Assembly: GCA_965222075.1 (NCBI GenBank)
Contig: OZ244937.1
Span: 672,001-736,000 of the forward strand
Direction: 5' to 3'
Origin: Candidatus Latescibacterota bacterium
GTDB taxonomy: Bacteria; Latescibacterota; UBA2968; GCA-2709665
DNA: 64,000 nt
The position numbers were made by a program, and so were the translations under genes. The notes below the pieces were generated by a model. That model was not told the DNA's origin. It was given only the letters and a program-made list of their open reading frames with translations, and made no database searches. Every line of letters starts with the position of its first letter. Positions within the stretch are counted from its first letter, which is position 1. Below, one piece after another: positions 28,493 through 40,056 of the stretch.

Positions 28493-30421
28493 TCATCTGG
28501 CATTAAACGCCATCAAAGCTGCGTCGGCTCTACCGCAGGAAACCCATAGCTCAGGCACGGCATGACAAAGCCACTTCAGGGACGAGCAGAACACCTGCCC
28601 TTCCTCATCTTTCAAATCGCCGAATGCGAATTCCGTAAGCCAGTCACCGACAAATTCTGTCCATTCGCTCAGGTCCGAACGGCTTGCAGCGGCTACGAGG
28701 CAAATCGTTATGACCTCCTGTATAGACAACGCATACTCAGCATCGTGCCTGTATCTACGTACAAGGATTCGCAATTCGTCCGCAAGCGTGGGACTCCTTG
28801 TAACGGCGGCAACCGTAGCTAACCCATTCAATATAGTAACAAGCTGCGATCTGTTCTCTATGTTTTGAAGTCGATGGCTGGCACGCATCAGCGCTTTTGC
28901 CGCTAATTCAGCCTGGTCTGCACTAATGGGAAAAATCAAGGCGAAATTCACAAGAGCAATAAACGATGATGGCCCTACTTCGTTTGCGCGGAGCTGTGTC
29001 TCAATCGCTTCTGCGACTTCGGGAGGCAAATTGCGATGCGTACCTTCGGTTCCCTCTAATGGTCCAGGTAACCATGGGCCAGGGGAAACCACCAAGAGAC
29101 TGAAGACTTCTGGCATCATCTCCGAATACCAGGTCATATATATGGCTACCCGCTATATTCTGCTCGTAGTCCTTAGCTGAGATCATGATGCGACCGAAGA
29201 ATTCAGCCTTCATTTGTGAAGCCACTGCAAGATCGGGATCCCAGTGCGGCTCCAAACGCATATCGGCGAGCGATTGCATGCAATATTGCTCTATACGACT
29301 GCTAAACGCCCATTTACTGAATTGATCAATATCAATAGCTGAATTCACAAACTGACGATGAATCAATGTGGCCTGTGACAAGGCTGCCAATCTCCTGTAG
29401 AAAGGAGGCTCCTTCCGAAACAACTGGATTCTTGATAACTCTCCATCCACAAGACAGAACAATGCCGAGAGAAGCTTGAAACCGCTCGTTTGTCCATCAA
29501 CGTCGTCGTCTCGAATCTGCTCAATGAGACGAATAAGTGCCTGCTCTATCTCAGGTCGTGACGGAAGAACGCGAAAGCCGACTTCAATGGCCCCCAACTG
29601 CGAGATTCTGTCTCCATGTTTTTCCAAAAAATTGTAGGCTCTTACAAGGTCTTCACGACTCAAATGGTCAACATTGATTTCGTCCGTTAGCGAAGAATGT
29701 GATGACAGAAGAGGCTAAACATAAAGCCATCATAGGATCGCCACGCAGCCAGTTGATCAAAGAGCGCTCTGCCGTTACCAGAGGCATAATCGCGAATGGA
29801 GGCACTTCCGTCATATTCGCCTACAAGTCTTTCAAAATATCTACGTGAAGGAGGAACCAGAGAGGATATACTACCTTGTCTGCCTATAATCTCACTGCGT
29901 ATGGTTCGTGTCTTTGCGACTGGCGTATCGTGAAACTCACTGTGAAACGCATCGACTTCGTCATCTTCGAGAGCACGTTCCGCAAGAATATTGCGCCATG
30001 GGTCTGATGCACTGTTGGGTAGATTGACGTCGGAAGCGGCTTCATCAAAGGAACGCAGACGTGTATCTCTATCTGGGGAAAGTGCCGCAAAAGTAGACGG
30101 GAGAAGATGCTGTTCATCGCAAGAAAGTGAAAGACGCGGCAGTTCTCCTTCTCCGCTGATGTTCTTTATTTTCCACTTTTGTCCCTTCGTGTCAGTCACT
30201 TCCTGTATTGATGCGCCTGCAAGAACCTTTCGAATAGCATGACACAGACTGGAACATTGAACTAAAATATCAAAATCACGAAAGGTAAGAATAGGATCCG
30301 CCGTAAAACCGTATTCCTCCCGAAAATCCGAATCCTCAAGCAAAGTCTCACGTATAAGGGGAGGCACAAAATTCAAAGCTGCCTGCGCCAATGCAGATCT
30401 GACATCAAGACTATTCGTCAT
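28493..30421 (-). CDS. Uncharacterised ~642-aa helical protein with two single-base frameshifts; partner of the HNH-TPR-PIN gene
   Basis: ORFs 29687..30421, 29001..29663 and 28493..29137 join with a -1 indel near 29708 and a +1 indel near 29077; ATGA overlap with the upstream gene. Confidence 0.7.
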
Positions 30422-33400
30422 TTATCCTCCCTCTCCATCATATCCATACCAACCACGTCTACAATTCGTCTTCGATACCATTCGACCAGATCAAGATACA
30501 AATCGGGATTTTGTTCCTTGAGCGGAGCCAAAACTCTCTCGTCGACCCACCTCCAGTATTCGTCCTTGACTTCTTGGGGCTCTTTGATCGGGGGTACGAG
30601 CATTGATAGGATATTTGTACCACGTCCAGTTTTGACCATGTTCTCTCCATCTTCTTTTCCAAGACTGTGCGCCCAGCCGCGAACGTCAATCAGGTTCAAA
30701 ATCCAGTCAGAGCGTACCCGCGCACTCGCAACGTCAACATCGGCCCTCCACAAGCCTGCCAGCACTCGGCTGAACACTTGTAGCAACGTCTCTAACCAAG
30801 GAGTTTCTTTCGGACGCTGAAGCCAAGTACTCATCCGAACCTGAAGGATGTTTTCTCGTATAGCCTTCAGTTCGGCCGTCTCAACAAACTTGCCGTCCTC
30901 GACCACAGAGGCATCAAGATAATGTGTCAGTTCATCCTCGCTTACTGGTACAAAGAAATATCCGGCCTGGCGAAGTCGAGTCCTGTACTCCAGCCGTTCT
31001 TCGGCCGTTTTAGTACCCGTGGAGACCAGTGCATCGATAAGATCCAACGTTGAAAATATCGGCGCATGTGCGTCGCCATCAACGATATTGGCATGTTGGT
31101 TGAGGTATCTGTCATCCAAAATGATTGCATCACAATGCCTTGCCAAGAAGGAAACACCAGCGGTCGGGTGTTCATATATTAGCTGCTCTTTTGATTGACT
31201 AACGTTGATGCGCTTGCTTACCTTTACTTTTCCTGACTCTATCCGCGAATTGACGGCAGACCGTATGCGTTCTATGGCGTCCTCAACCTTGCCAGAAACA
31301 CCTGCGTAAGAAATGAGTAGATTTATTTCAGATTCCGTTCTTGGCGAAATAATCGGTCTGAAGCCAGCGGCTCGGAGTTTTCCCAGTATCCCAAGATGAA
31401 GGAAACGGTATACAGCCAAGTCATCCAGGTACAGTACCGCCCCATCAGCAATCTGCGGCTGATCTGGCCACGACTTCTCGTGAAGTTGAAAATAGGCTCG
31501 CGCCTTCTCTACTTCGTTCGCCGTAATCTGGCCCTTCTTCCGCAACTTGTCCACAATAGATTGACAACTACTCAGCACGGTTGCATGCGCTGTTAAGTCA
31601 GCTTCTTCTTCCATCAGAGAAGCGACCCGATGAACCGGAGACGACTGAACAACAATGCGCTGTGAATCGTCTTCGTTTCTCACCTTTTCCGCCTCCGCTA
31701 TAAACAGCGCCAACTCATCCCCAACCTGATCGGATAGATCACTATCCGGTACAGTGCTTGGCGAGAGTTCTTCTAACGCACCTGTGGCCAGCAAATGCCT
31801 CACCTCATGCGCATCTTTAATCCGGCTTGGCTGATGAAATGCAACCCTCTGTTTTTCCTCAAAAAGCCAACTAAGAGTTGAATGTGGTATGTGGACTGTA
31901 CCAAAAGCGTCCAATGCCTCATCAAGCACATTCAGAAAGCTCAAGGTGAGTAATGCGGTTGCATCCATTCCAACCTGCCCACTGGTATTGAGGCGTGTCG
32001 GCTGTCGTTGACCGCTATATGCGGGAACAACGTCTCTGCGTCTCGGATCGCTCTCCGACAGGTTCGCCCAAGCACGGAGAAACATCAAATCGCAAAGTGA
32101 CGTGTTGAAGGCTTGAGCTGCAAGAAACATCGGAAGCTCGCCACGGGTCAACCGCTGCGATATTTCAGAGGTTCGTTGATCCCACTCCGGTTTCCGGTCC
32201 AAAAGATCCCTCAGTGTCATCTTTCCGATTGGACCATCATCGCCAGAGATTGTGGCGGCTTTGTGCATCCACTGAGAGACTTCCTTGTCCTCCCAACCGG
32301 CTTTTGTTGCAAGAAAGTAGGCTGTTCCTAATACATCAGCATCGTCTTTTCCTTTCTCTACCGCTGCAAATATCAACTCTTTTGCATGGGAGATAGAATC
32401 CAAACCAACGGCCAATTGAGCTGTCCCTATCAATTCCTGAGCGTTTCTCTTGTCTTTTTTCTTGCATTCGTTAGCTACAAACGCAGAAACGGAGTTCCAG
32501 TCACCCAAAGAGATTCCAAGATTGATCTGTAGTGTGCGGTAGTTCGGGTCATCCCAATCATCACCCAGTTCCGCCAATTTGGAGCGAGCCTCCAGTAGCG
32601 CACCTTCATGGTACAAAGACAAGCAATGCAGCTGTTGGAGTTGCTTGGATTGTTCCAAAAGCGTCTTGTTCGATTCCAGAAATTCTGCAAGTGGTTCATA
32701 TTCCTGTGTATTGTGTAAAGCGGTTGCCAACCGCTCCCCATCGCTCAGCGCGTGGGTTCTTTCAAACAGAATTCTACCATACTCGCTAAGGCTGTCCCAG
32801 TCGTCTCTAATTTCGAGTTCGTGAACAAGGATTTCCAAATCATGCAGTGAATCTGTCTCTCTGAACTGTTCCTTACGAGCCTCAACCGGATTAGTCCCCT
32901 CTGCTTCGGCAATGATTCCCCGAAGTCGGCGTTCCTGCCCCTCAGAAAGTCCGTCTTCCAAAAGAATATCCAAGCACTTTTTGGCCTGCTCAAGCTGCCC
33001 GGCCCGCGCAAACAACTCGATTTGGACAAACTGCATATATTTTTTGTCAATGTGTTCGGCAAGCGTGTCGTGGTGCCGGGCGATATAATTCGCAGCAGCC
33101 CCTGGGGTCTTTTGGACGAAAACCAGAGCAAAGCGAGCACTTGCGGTGTCAGCAGTATTTCCGCCGTTCAGGGCAATTTGTCGTTCGATTTCCTGTTCAA
33201 CTACCGCCGTATCCAATTTTATTCCGAATTGAAGGCCGAGACGAACAAGATGTAGAGCGGTCTTGGCATCGCGAAGTTTGGATTCCAGTCGCATTCTTCC
33301 TTCGGCACATTTATCAGAATCCGTGAGTTCAAGCCAAAGTGCATACTCATCATCTATTTTTTCTGCAAGGGGACAGTCTAATTTACGTGCAACCTTTGCA

Positions 33401-34516
33401 GCGTCGATAAAGTTACGATGTGCAGCTCGGCGGGCTTCAAGTGCAGCTAAGTCTGAGGCAAGAGGGAAGTTTACGACATCGAAAGGTGGTTGGTTAAGCA
33501 CACCAGAGCGAAGTTCGTCAGGTACCGCTCTTAGGAGGTGTGTTACTGCCACCATGTGATGGAGGACAGGGGCATCGCGCAGATCGTCATCAGTCAGCAC
33601 ATCAAGGCTTTTCTGCGCTGCCTCCCAATCGGCGAGTTCAAACTGACGCGCCAATAGGAAGCATTTGCCGTCGGGGTCCAGGTTTGTAGCGTCAATACCA
33701 GCCTTTTTCAACCAGTCAACAGCTTCTTGTGGGCCGTCATGATGTGTAACGACCATAAGCGCCGCAGATCGGGATACCGGTGAATCAATGCCAGCCAGAG
33801 TGCTCAGAGCAGCCTCCTTATCATCCTTCCGCGAAGATATGAAGGCTGCCGCAATCTCGATTTCCGGGCAAGTTCCCAATTCATTGGCACATGCGAAGAA
33901 CGATTCTGCTTTGTATAAATCGCCATCTGCCAGCAATCGTACGCACCAGGCTAATGCTTTGCTCCTTACCACATCAGTGCCACCCGAGAGTTTTCCTTCT
34001 ATCAGTTTTCTCGCGAGTGCTAATGAAGAGTCGACCCTATCGAACTCTCCGAAAAAGCGAGATTTACGGAGTATATCGGTCTCATCCTTAATTTTTTGAT
34101 CAACGAGTTCCGTTGGGAAATCAGAACGAGAAGACACATTCGACAAAACACTACCTAAGCCTGCGGAGAGCCGATTCTCTATCACTTTAGCTTCATGCTC
34201 CTGCTTCCACTGCTTGAGCATTTCGGCCGGATAAGTTTCAGGTTGACCATCCACCACGTACATGGTGAGTCGGACAAAGTAAGATCAGATTCTCTGGAGA
34301 ATTCAGTTCTTCATTGGTGAGTCCGACTTTTCCTCTTGGGCCATCGACATTAATAGCATAAATGTGGCATATTTGAGTAACGACATGAGCATCGGACTGT
34401 TCAGTCGCTGCTTCAATAACAGTGTTCTCACATTCTGGATGCGCGCATTGATTTCCGCTCAGACCGAACAGGACTTTCAATGTCTTCTGTGAATAATTTC
34501 GTTTAGATGTTTTCAT
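30418..34516 (-). CDS. HNH endonuclease-TPR-like-tandem PIN-like protein (about 1365 aa, one +1 frameshift near 34258)
   Basis: SGNQCAHPEC...ICHI...NLILLCPTHH joins VVDGQPETY; long helical repeats; MDATALLTL, LDDLAV and LDDRYL PIN-like acidic motifs. Confidence 0.75.
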
Positions 34517-34562
34517 TCTTCCTGGTTAATAACGTCTGCATCAATCCGTATTTTTGGGGCTT

Positions 34563-34597
34563 TGTTGCCTGTCTGCCGGCGAGGCAGGCAGGCAACA
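34563..34597. repeat. CCTGCC/GGCAGG palindromic element
   Basis: tgttgcctgtctgcc-ggcga-ggcaggcaggcaaca; related copies at 39996 and 59306. Confidence 0.7.
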
Positions 34598-34698
34598 CCG
34601 TCTCCACATCCCCGGCCGCCAGGGCGTTCATGTAGGCCAGGATCAGGTCGTGGGTGCAGTAGCGCCCGAATGCATCGACCTTCGGCGACGATGGGATC
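34598..34698 (-). repeat. Diverged duplicate of the 3' end of the type IIG RM gene
   Basis: Encodes AFGRYCTHDLILAYMNALAAGDVETV versus AFGRYHTRDLILAYMSALAAGDTETE at 35716-35791. Confidence 0.9.
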
Positions 34699-35185
34699 AC
34701 GTCGTCTCGCCGGCACGTTCTAACACCCTCTGGCGAGTCTTGGCGTTCAGCCGAAACCGCAGGGCTTGGAGACGATCCAAAACGGGCCGAATCGCGTCGA
34801 GAACGCCTCGCTCCTTGGCCCGCAACAAGAGGCCGAGGGTGCCTGAGACCTCCAACTCCAGTGCCCGGGCATACCGCCGTGCGTCTCGATCATCAAGGAG
34901 GAGCAGCGCGTCCTGTGTTTCCAGTCCCAGGGCGAGCACTTCCTTCTCGCCATCCCCAAGATGCGTCACCAGAGGGAGCAGCGTCGGATCGCGCACCGGC
35001 CGCACGATCAGCCACGAAAGCTCCTCCAGAGCAGGCAGGCGTACATTTCGCCGTCGACCCTCTCGTAACTCCGCCGCCACCGCTTCCGGGACGTACACTT
35101 GTCCGACGAGTGCGGGCAGAAGTTCCAACACGTCGGCCTGGTGCAGGTACTGGAGAGGAGAAGTATTACAGATGACGTCGGGCAC
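34697..35185 (-). CDS. DUF3368 PIN-domain toxin
   Basis: ICNTSPL, VPEAVAAE, LGDGEKE, LLDDRDAR, GTLGLL. Confidence 0.9.
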   Translation of the reverse strand: MPDVICNTSPLQYLHQADVLELLPALVGQVYVPEAVAAELREGRRRNVRLPALEELSWLIVRPVRDPTLLPLVTHLGDGEKEVLALGLETQDALLLLDDRDARRYARALELEVSGTLGLLLRAKERGVLDAIRPVLDRLQALRFRLNAKTRQRVLERAGETT

Positions 35186-35432
35186 TGGCCAGATCCTGTT
35201 GGAGGTCTTCCTCGGTCAGGTGGAAGGCATCAACACCGTAGTCAGCTAATTTTATTAGAAACAATGGCTTGGGAATGTCAGCCAGCTTGGCTGCCGCCCC
35301 CGAGGACAACCGTCCCAACTCGTAGAGCTTGACGGCGACGAGGATCTTGGCCTCTTCGCTGAACTGCCTGGGTGAATATCCCAGGGCCAGCAGGACCTCA
35401 TCGCCGTAGTCAATGGTCAACGTTCTCTTCAT
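35166..35432 (-). CDS. UPF0175 family antitoxin
   Basis: AVKLYELGRLSSGAAAKLA...FL..LADYGV; overlaps the DUF3368 gene. Confidence 0.9.
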   Translation of the reverse strand: MKRTLTIDYGDEVLLALGYSPRQFSEEAKILVAVKLYELGRLSSGAAAKLADIPKPLFLIKLADYGVDAFHLTEEDLQQDLASARRHL

Positions 35433-35701
35433 CGTATCGTGTCTCCATGGATGTGTTGCATAGCGGACGCCTTCTCTAAGTTTTCTTGCATATCGCTCTC
35501 ACAGGCAAGGAGAAATAAGTTTTGTCTGAGTTCACCTGACAAACCCTGAGAGAGGTCGAAGCAAGATCTAAGTTGCCTGTGAGGAGAGCGGGATGCATAT
35601 TGATTGACGTATCCTCAGCTCACAGGAGGTAGACAGAGACTTAATCCCCATGCAGTCGTATCTGTGCCGCCTAAACCCAGAACAGAGCCACCCGCCTTCA
35701 T

Positions 35702-38700
35702 TCACACCGCCACCTCCGTCTCCGTATCCCCCGCCGCAAGGGCGCTCATGTAGGCCAGGATCAGGTCGCGGGTGTGGTAGCGGCCGAAGGCGGCCTTGTC
35801 TCCGCGGCGGACAATCGGGAAGGTGTCCAGCACGTAGCCCGCGTCGTCCCGGCTCAGACCGTAGAGGTGGAAGTAGAGCGCGTCGAGGCGGGCACGGAGG
35901 TGGCGGCGTTCTTCTTCGTCCCACACGAAAGGCGGGCCCTCACAGCCCAGGTCGCGGGCGAAGGGCGCCATGTCGTGCGCGGTGTAGGTGAGGCGTAGCA
36001 CATGGTCGCGGACGAGGTCGCGGGCGGTCGTCGTGCCGAATGAGCGGTCGTAGTCGGCGGATGCGATGACAGGGAGTTGCTCGACTGTGTACCAGGTGAG
36101 ATGAGTACCCTGGAATTTTGTGGCGTGTCACATAATCGAAGCAATGGCTGTTGAGATTCGCAACAACGAGGCAAGCGTCGGCTGCGGAAAAATCGTCCTC
36201 CGGCATCAAAATGAAGACGCTGTCACTCAACCCGACTTTTGGCACGGCGGCTGCAATCATGGTCCTAACATCTGTTGGACGTGCTATACGCCTATACGCA
36301 ATCGTCCAGCCAAGCCTGTCGGGCATATTGTGACTTACTTCCTGCTCCAGAACCCAGTATTGTGTCATAGGGCTAAATGCTGGATTGGCGTGTTCGGCGA
36401 CAGTTACAGCCACGCTCAGATACGGATTTATAGTGTTGTCTGGATTGTATTTTACCGAATTGGCCCGATGGTCGAACTGACGAATCATCCGGCCCTGGTA
36501 CAGCGGCAAATACAGCTCCTCGCCCCGTCTCCAGCGATTGCCCTGCACCGGGTAGAAACCTTCGGCATCGAGCTGCGCGGCGGTGCGGAAGAGGTGGGAG
36601 TCATTGGCCATGTGGAACATGGTGTTGTACCGAATCGGCCAGGCGCGGCGCTCCTCACCCCTTGAGCGGTCCACCAGCACCGGATGCCGCTCGTAGATGC
36701 GACGGGTGATCTCGGCGTCCCGTTGGCTGCGGAAAACGGGCGCGGTGCCGGTGTTGGGGTTCACGCGGGCGAAGTCCACCGGCGTCAATGGAAAGCAGCG
36801 GTCCTTGTCATGGATCGTTTTCGTGTCGTGCAGGAAGAAGGCGCATTCGGTCTGATCGAACAGTCGCTCCTCTCCGCCGAATATGAGGGCGCAGAATTTG
36901 AACGAAGCATGAACGTCCTTGAAGAAAATTTTCTTGTTCTCAAAATCAAACAGGCCGCCCACCCGTCCACTTGTGGAAACGGACTTGAAGAACCGGGCCG
37001 CGGTCTTGTCCGCGTAAATGCCCGACGGCGTCAGCAGGCCGACAAAACCATCCGGCTTGATCAGGTTCATGGCCCGCTCGACGAACAGCGAGTACAGGTT
37101 GACGTCGCCACCGCCCAACAGGGGATAGTGCTCAGATGCGCGAACCAGTTGGCTGAGTTTGTCAGCGCGTGTCTTGGCCGCGTCGAACTCGGCCGCAAGG
37201 GGCGCTCCTTTGTCACGCAACCGCTGAATGCCTGTTCGCCGCGCAGCCGCCGTGGGCGCGAGAGCGAGCTCGGGGTCACGCGTTGCAAACCACTCCACCT
37301 CCTGCAGCTTGATGCGGTCCCACGGCGGGTTGCCGATGACCGCGTCAAAGCCGCCTTGCGGGCGGCTGTTTTGCCACTGCCGCCACACCCCCGGAAAAGC
37401 CACCTCCCAGTGCAGGAAGCCTTCCCGATTGGCAATGGTTCGCGCCCCGCGCCACAGCTCGGCAAACTGCGCCCAGGTGGTGGCATCGGAATCGGGAGCC
37501 TCGTCGCCCAGATGCACCGGCCCTCGCGCCAGAAGCTGGTACGCCTTCGCCGACTGCCGCCCGAGCGTCGTGACCAGCGGTCCCTCAAAGGCCGCGCGCT
37601 CTTTCTTCTTCATGCCCGCGGTCAGCCAACGCCAGCCGCAGAGGGTGTCGAGCAGACCGCGGAGGTCCGCAGTCGTCTCCTCCACCCCGTGAAACAGCGC
37701 CGCCGATTCGTGCACCTCGGCCACGTCGGCGTCGGACATCTCCTCGATGCGCTGCATCCCTTCGGTGGCGGCCTCCGCCCCGGCAATGGCGCTACTGGCA
37801 AAGAACCCGCCGAGCCGATTCAATTCATCCGTGGCATCCTTTACCCGCAGGCCGACCAGCGAGTCGCCGCAGCGCAGGTGGTGGTCCAGGAAGGACAACG
37901 GCGCGCCCACCGTGAAGCTGTGCAGCCACAGTGACACCTTGGCCAATTCGACCGTCAGGGGATTCTTGTCCACCCCGTAAATGCACCGTTTGAGCACCAT
38001 GCGGCGGATAATGGCCTGGTCGCTAAGCTGGGCCTCGTCCAGCACCCAGTTCGATTCCTCAGCCCGTCGGATGATCTCACGGCGAATCGTTGCCACGCGC
38101 CCCACCAGCGGCGACACGTAACCGTCATCCAGCCACTCCGGGACCGCAGGGACGTATTCGATCAACTCGGCAATATAGTCGGACAGGAAATCCACCGCGG
38201 TAACCAGGAAATGGCCGCTTCCCATCGCCGGGTCCAGCACCTTCAGGTCCAGGACGGCCTCGGCCGGGTCGAGCCGCTCAAGCTCAGCCTGTCGTTCCGA
38301 CCTGGGCCGGCGGTCGCTCTTGAGCGCGGCGGCCTTGTCCTCGAAAGCTTTGAGACGCTCTTCGGCCAGCGGCTTCAGGGTGCGGTCAACGATCAGATCG
38401 ACGAGTTCCTGAGAGGTATAGAAACTGCCGCTGTCCTTGCGGGCGTAGGGATTGGGACGGACGGCGATCTTGCCGTCGTCGTCACGCACCGGCTCGCGCT
38501 CCAATAGCCGCTCGTAGATCGAGCCGAGTTGCTGCACCGACATGTCGCGGTAATTGACAAAGCGGTGCTTTCCCTGTGGATCTCTGGCGTGGCTCAGATC
38601 GTAGATGATAGGCGCGATTTTGGCGTCGGCCAGGCGGACCGATTCCAGCAATGGAGCGGCTTCAGACGCAAACAGCCCCCCGTTGTAGGGCGGGAGGCCA

Positions 38701-39740
38701 ATGGACGGATCGCCCTTGTCGATCATTTTGAAAAGATTGACAAGGCGGTCGTAGTAGTTGGTGGCAATGGCCGAGTAGGTATCCCCGACCGCCATCCTGC
38801 CCGCAATATCGTCGCGCACCCGCTTGCGCAACCCGTAGTCGTCGTAACGCGAATCGTTGACGGGCAGCAGGCCCCTGTCCTCCGCGTAAAGCACGAAAAG
38901 CAGGCGATAGAGGAAGATCAACGCTGCCTTGTGGACCTCCGGGAGGCGTGCCTCCGAGGCTTCCGCAAGAGCCTGGACAAAATCCGGGAAAACACGCTCG
39001 AACACCACCTCCGAAAGATCCTGCGCAACCTCTTCCTCATAGCGCCGCCCCTCGGCCAGCGCGGCTTCCAGGAATGTGGTCGTGGCGCCCTGTTGACGTG
39101 CAAAGGACTCGCGGCGAAACAGCAGATGAAAAACGCGGAGGTCCTCTTCCCTACCGGGCTTGAACAGTTCAACCAGGTCGGCTTCAAAGTAGCCGCTGGC
39201 GCGGGGCCGGGCGCGGTAATCGTAGAGACGCCAAACCCTGCCATTGGTCAGAATACCCCAGCGAATGCGGCTCTCCGACTCGATATCGGCCGTTGAGAGG
39301 TACCTGAGAATCTGGCCGTGCGGCGTCCTGGCCTGGACTTTGTCGTCCTTGTCGCGGTCGTTCAGAGATAGACCGAAGCGCTTGCTTTCTTCGACGACCG
39401 CCGCGTAGCGGAAGCGGTCGCCGACGTTGTGTTCCGCGGCGGCGCGCTGTTTGGAGTCGGCATCGGCGAAAAGCAGATGGTCGGGAATATCCTCTTTGCG
39501 CGCTGTGCCCTGCTGAGGCAGGTAGTCGGCCCATCCCAGCAACTCCAGAACCGGCCGGATGAGTTCCTGCTCGGTAACCGCCTCGTTGGGGTCTGCGGAA
39601 CGGCTGAGGGCGTCGTAACGCTGACGAACGCGGTCCCTGAATGCGCCAAACGCCTCCGGGTCCGAGACCGAGGATTTCCACTCGTCGGTGGCTTTTATGC
39701 CATCTGTGAGGAAATAATGGGTGAGTAATTGGCCGGACAT
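35702..39740 (-). CDS. Type IIG (Eco57I-like) fused restriction endonuclease-N6-adenine methyltransferase, +1 frameshift near 36112
   Basis: IPD...EESK and WGILTNGRVWRLY nuclease region; YNGGLF, LGSIYERLL, GSFYT, LDPAMGSGHFL and GNPPW MTase motifs; continues QGTHLTWYTVEQLPV...LYFHLYGL in a shifted frame. Confidence 0.9.
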
Positions 39741-39799
39741 TTTGAAGAAATTGTTTTTCCTGTGGCTTTCTCGCCATGTGATTCCCATATTATACCATC

Positions 39800-39828
39800 A
39801 GTATAGTCAAAGACAGCCGGGGTGTCAA
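39800..39828 (-). promoter_or_regulatory. Sigma70-like promoter for the RM gene
   Basis: TTGACA-17 bp-TATACT on the minus strand. Confidence 0.7.
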
Positions 39829-39859
39829 CGGTCCGGGCAGCTTCCTGGCCGGGCTTTGC

Positions 39860-39963
39860 TGCGGGCTGGTGCCAGAAACCCGTTGACGGCCCCACGGGAC
39901 AGGGGCTGAACCCGGGTTGCGGGCTGGTGCCAGAAACCCGTTGACGGCCCCACGGGACAGGGG
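39860..39963 (+). repeat. Exact 46-bp direct repeat (39860-39905 and 39918-39963)
   Basis: tgcgggctggtgccagaaacccgttgacggccccacgggacagggg twice, with a 12-bp spacer. Confidence 0.95.
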
Positions 39964-39969
39964 TATATT
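39941..39969 (+). promoter_or_regulatory. Sigma70-like promoter for aspC
   Basis: TTGACG-17 bp-TATATT, completed only by the second repeat copy. Confidence 0.65.
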
Positions 39970-39995
39970 TCACGGGTTCGTCATTTGTTTTCCAG

Positions 39996-40028
39996 CCTGC
40001 CTGCGCAGTGCCCTGCGCTGCAGGCAGG
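39996..40028. repeat. CCTGCC/GGCAGG palindromic element
   Basis: cctgcctgcgcagtgccctgcgctgcaggcagg. Confidence 0.7.
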
Positions 40029-40056
40029 TGTACATTCCGAATCGAAAGGGTTTACG

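Noticed and set aside
34250-34265. Programmed ribosomal frameshift or phase variation at the HNH, RM and dnaG junctions
   Set aside because: No slippery heptamer or long homopolymer at any junction.
39860-39963. Mini-CRISPR interpretation of the 46-bp repeat
   Set aside because: Only two copies with a 12-bp spacer, contains a promoter element, and no cas genes.
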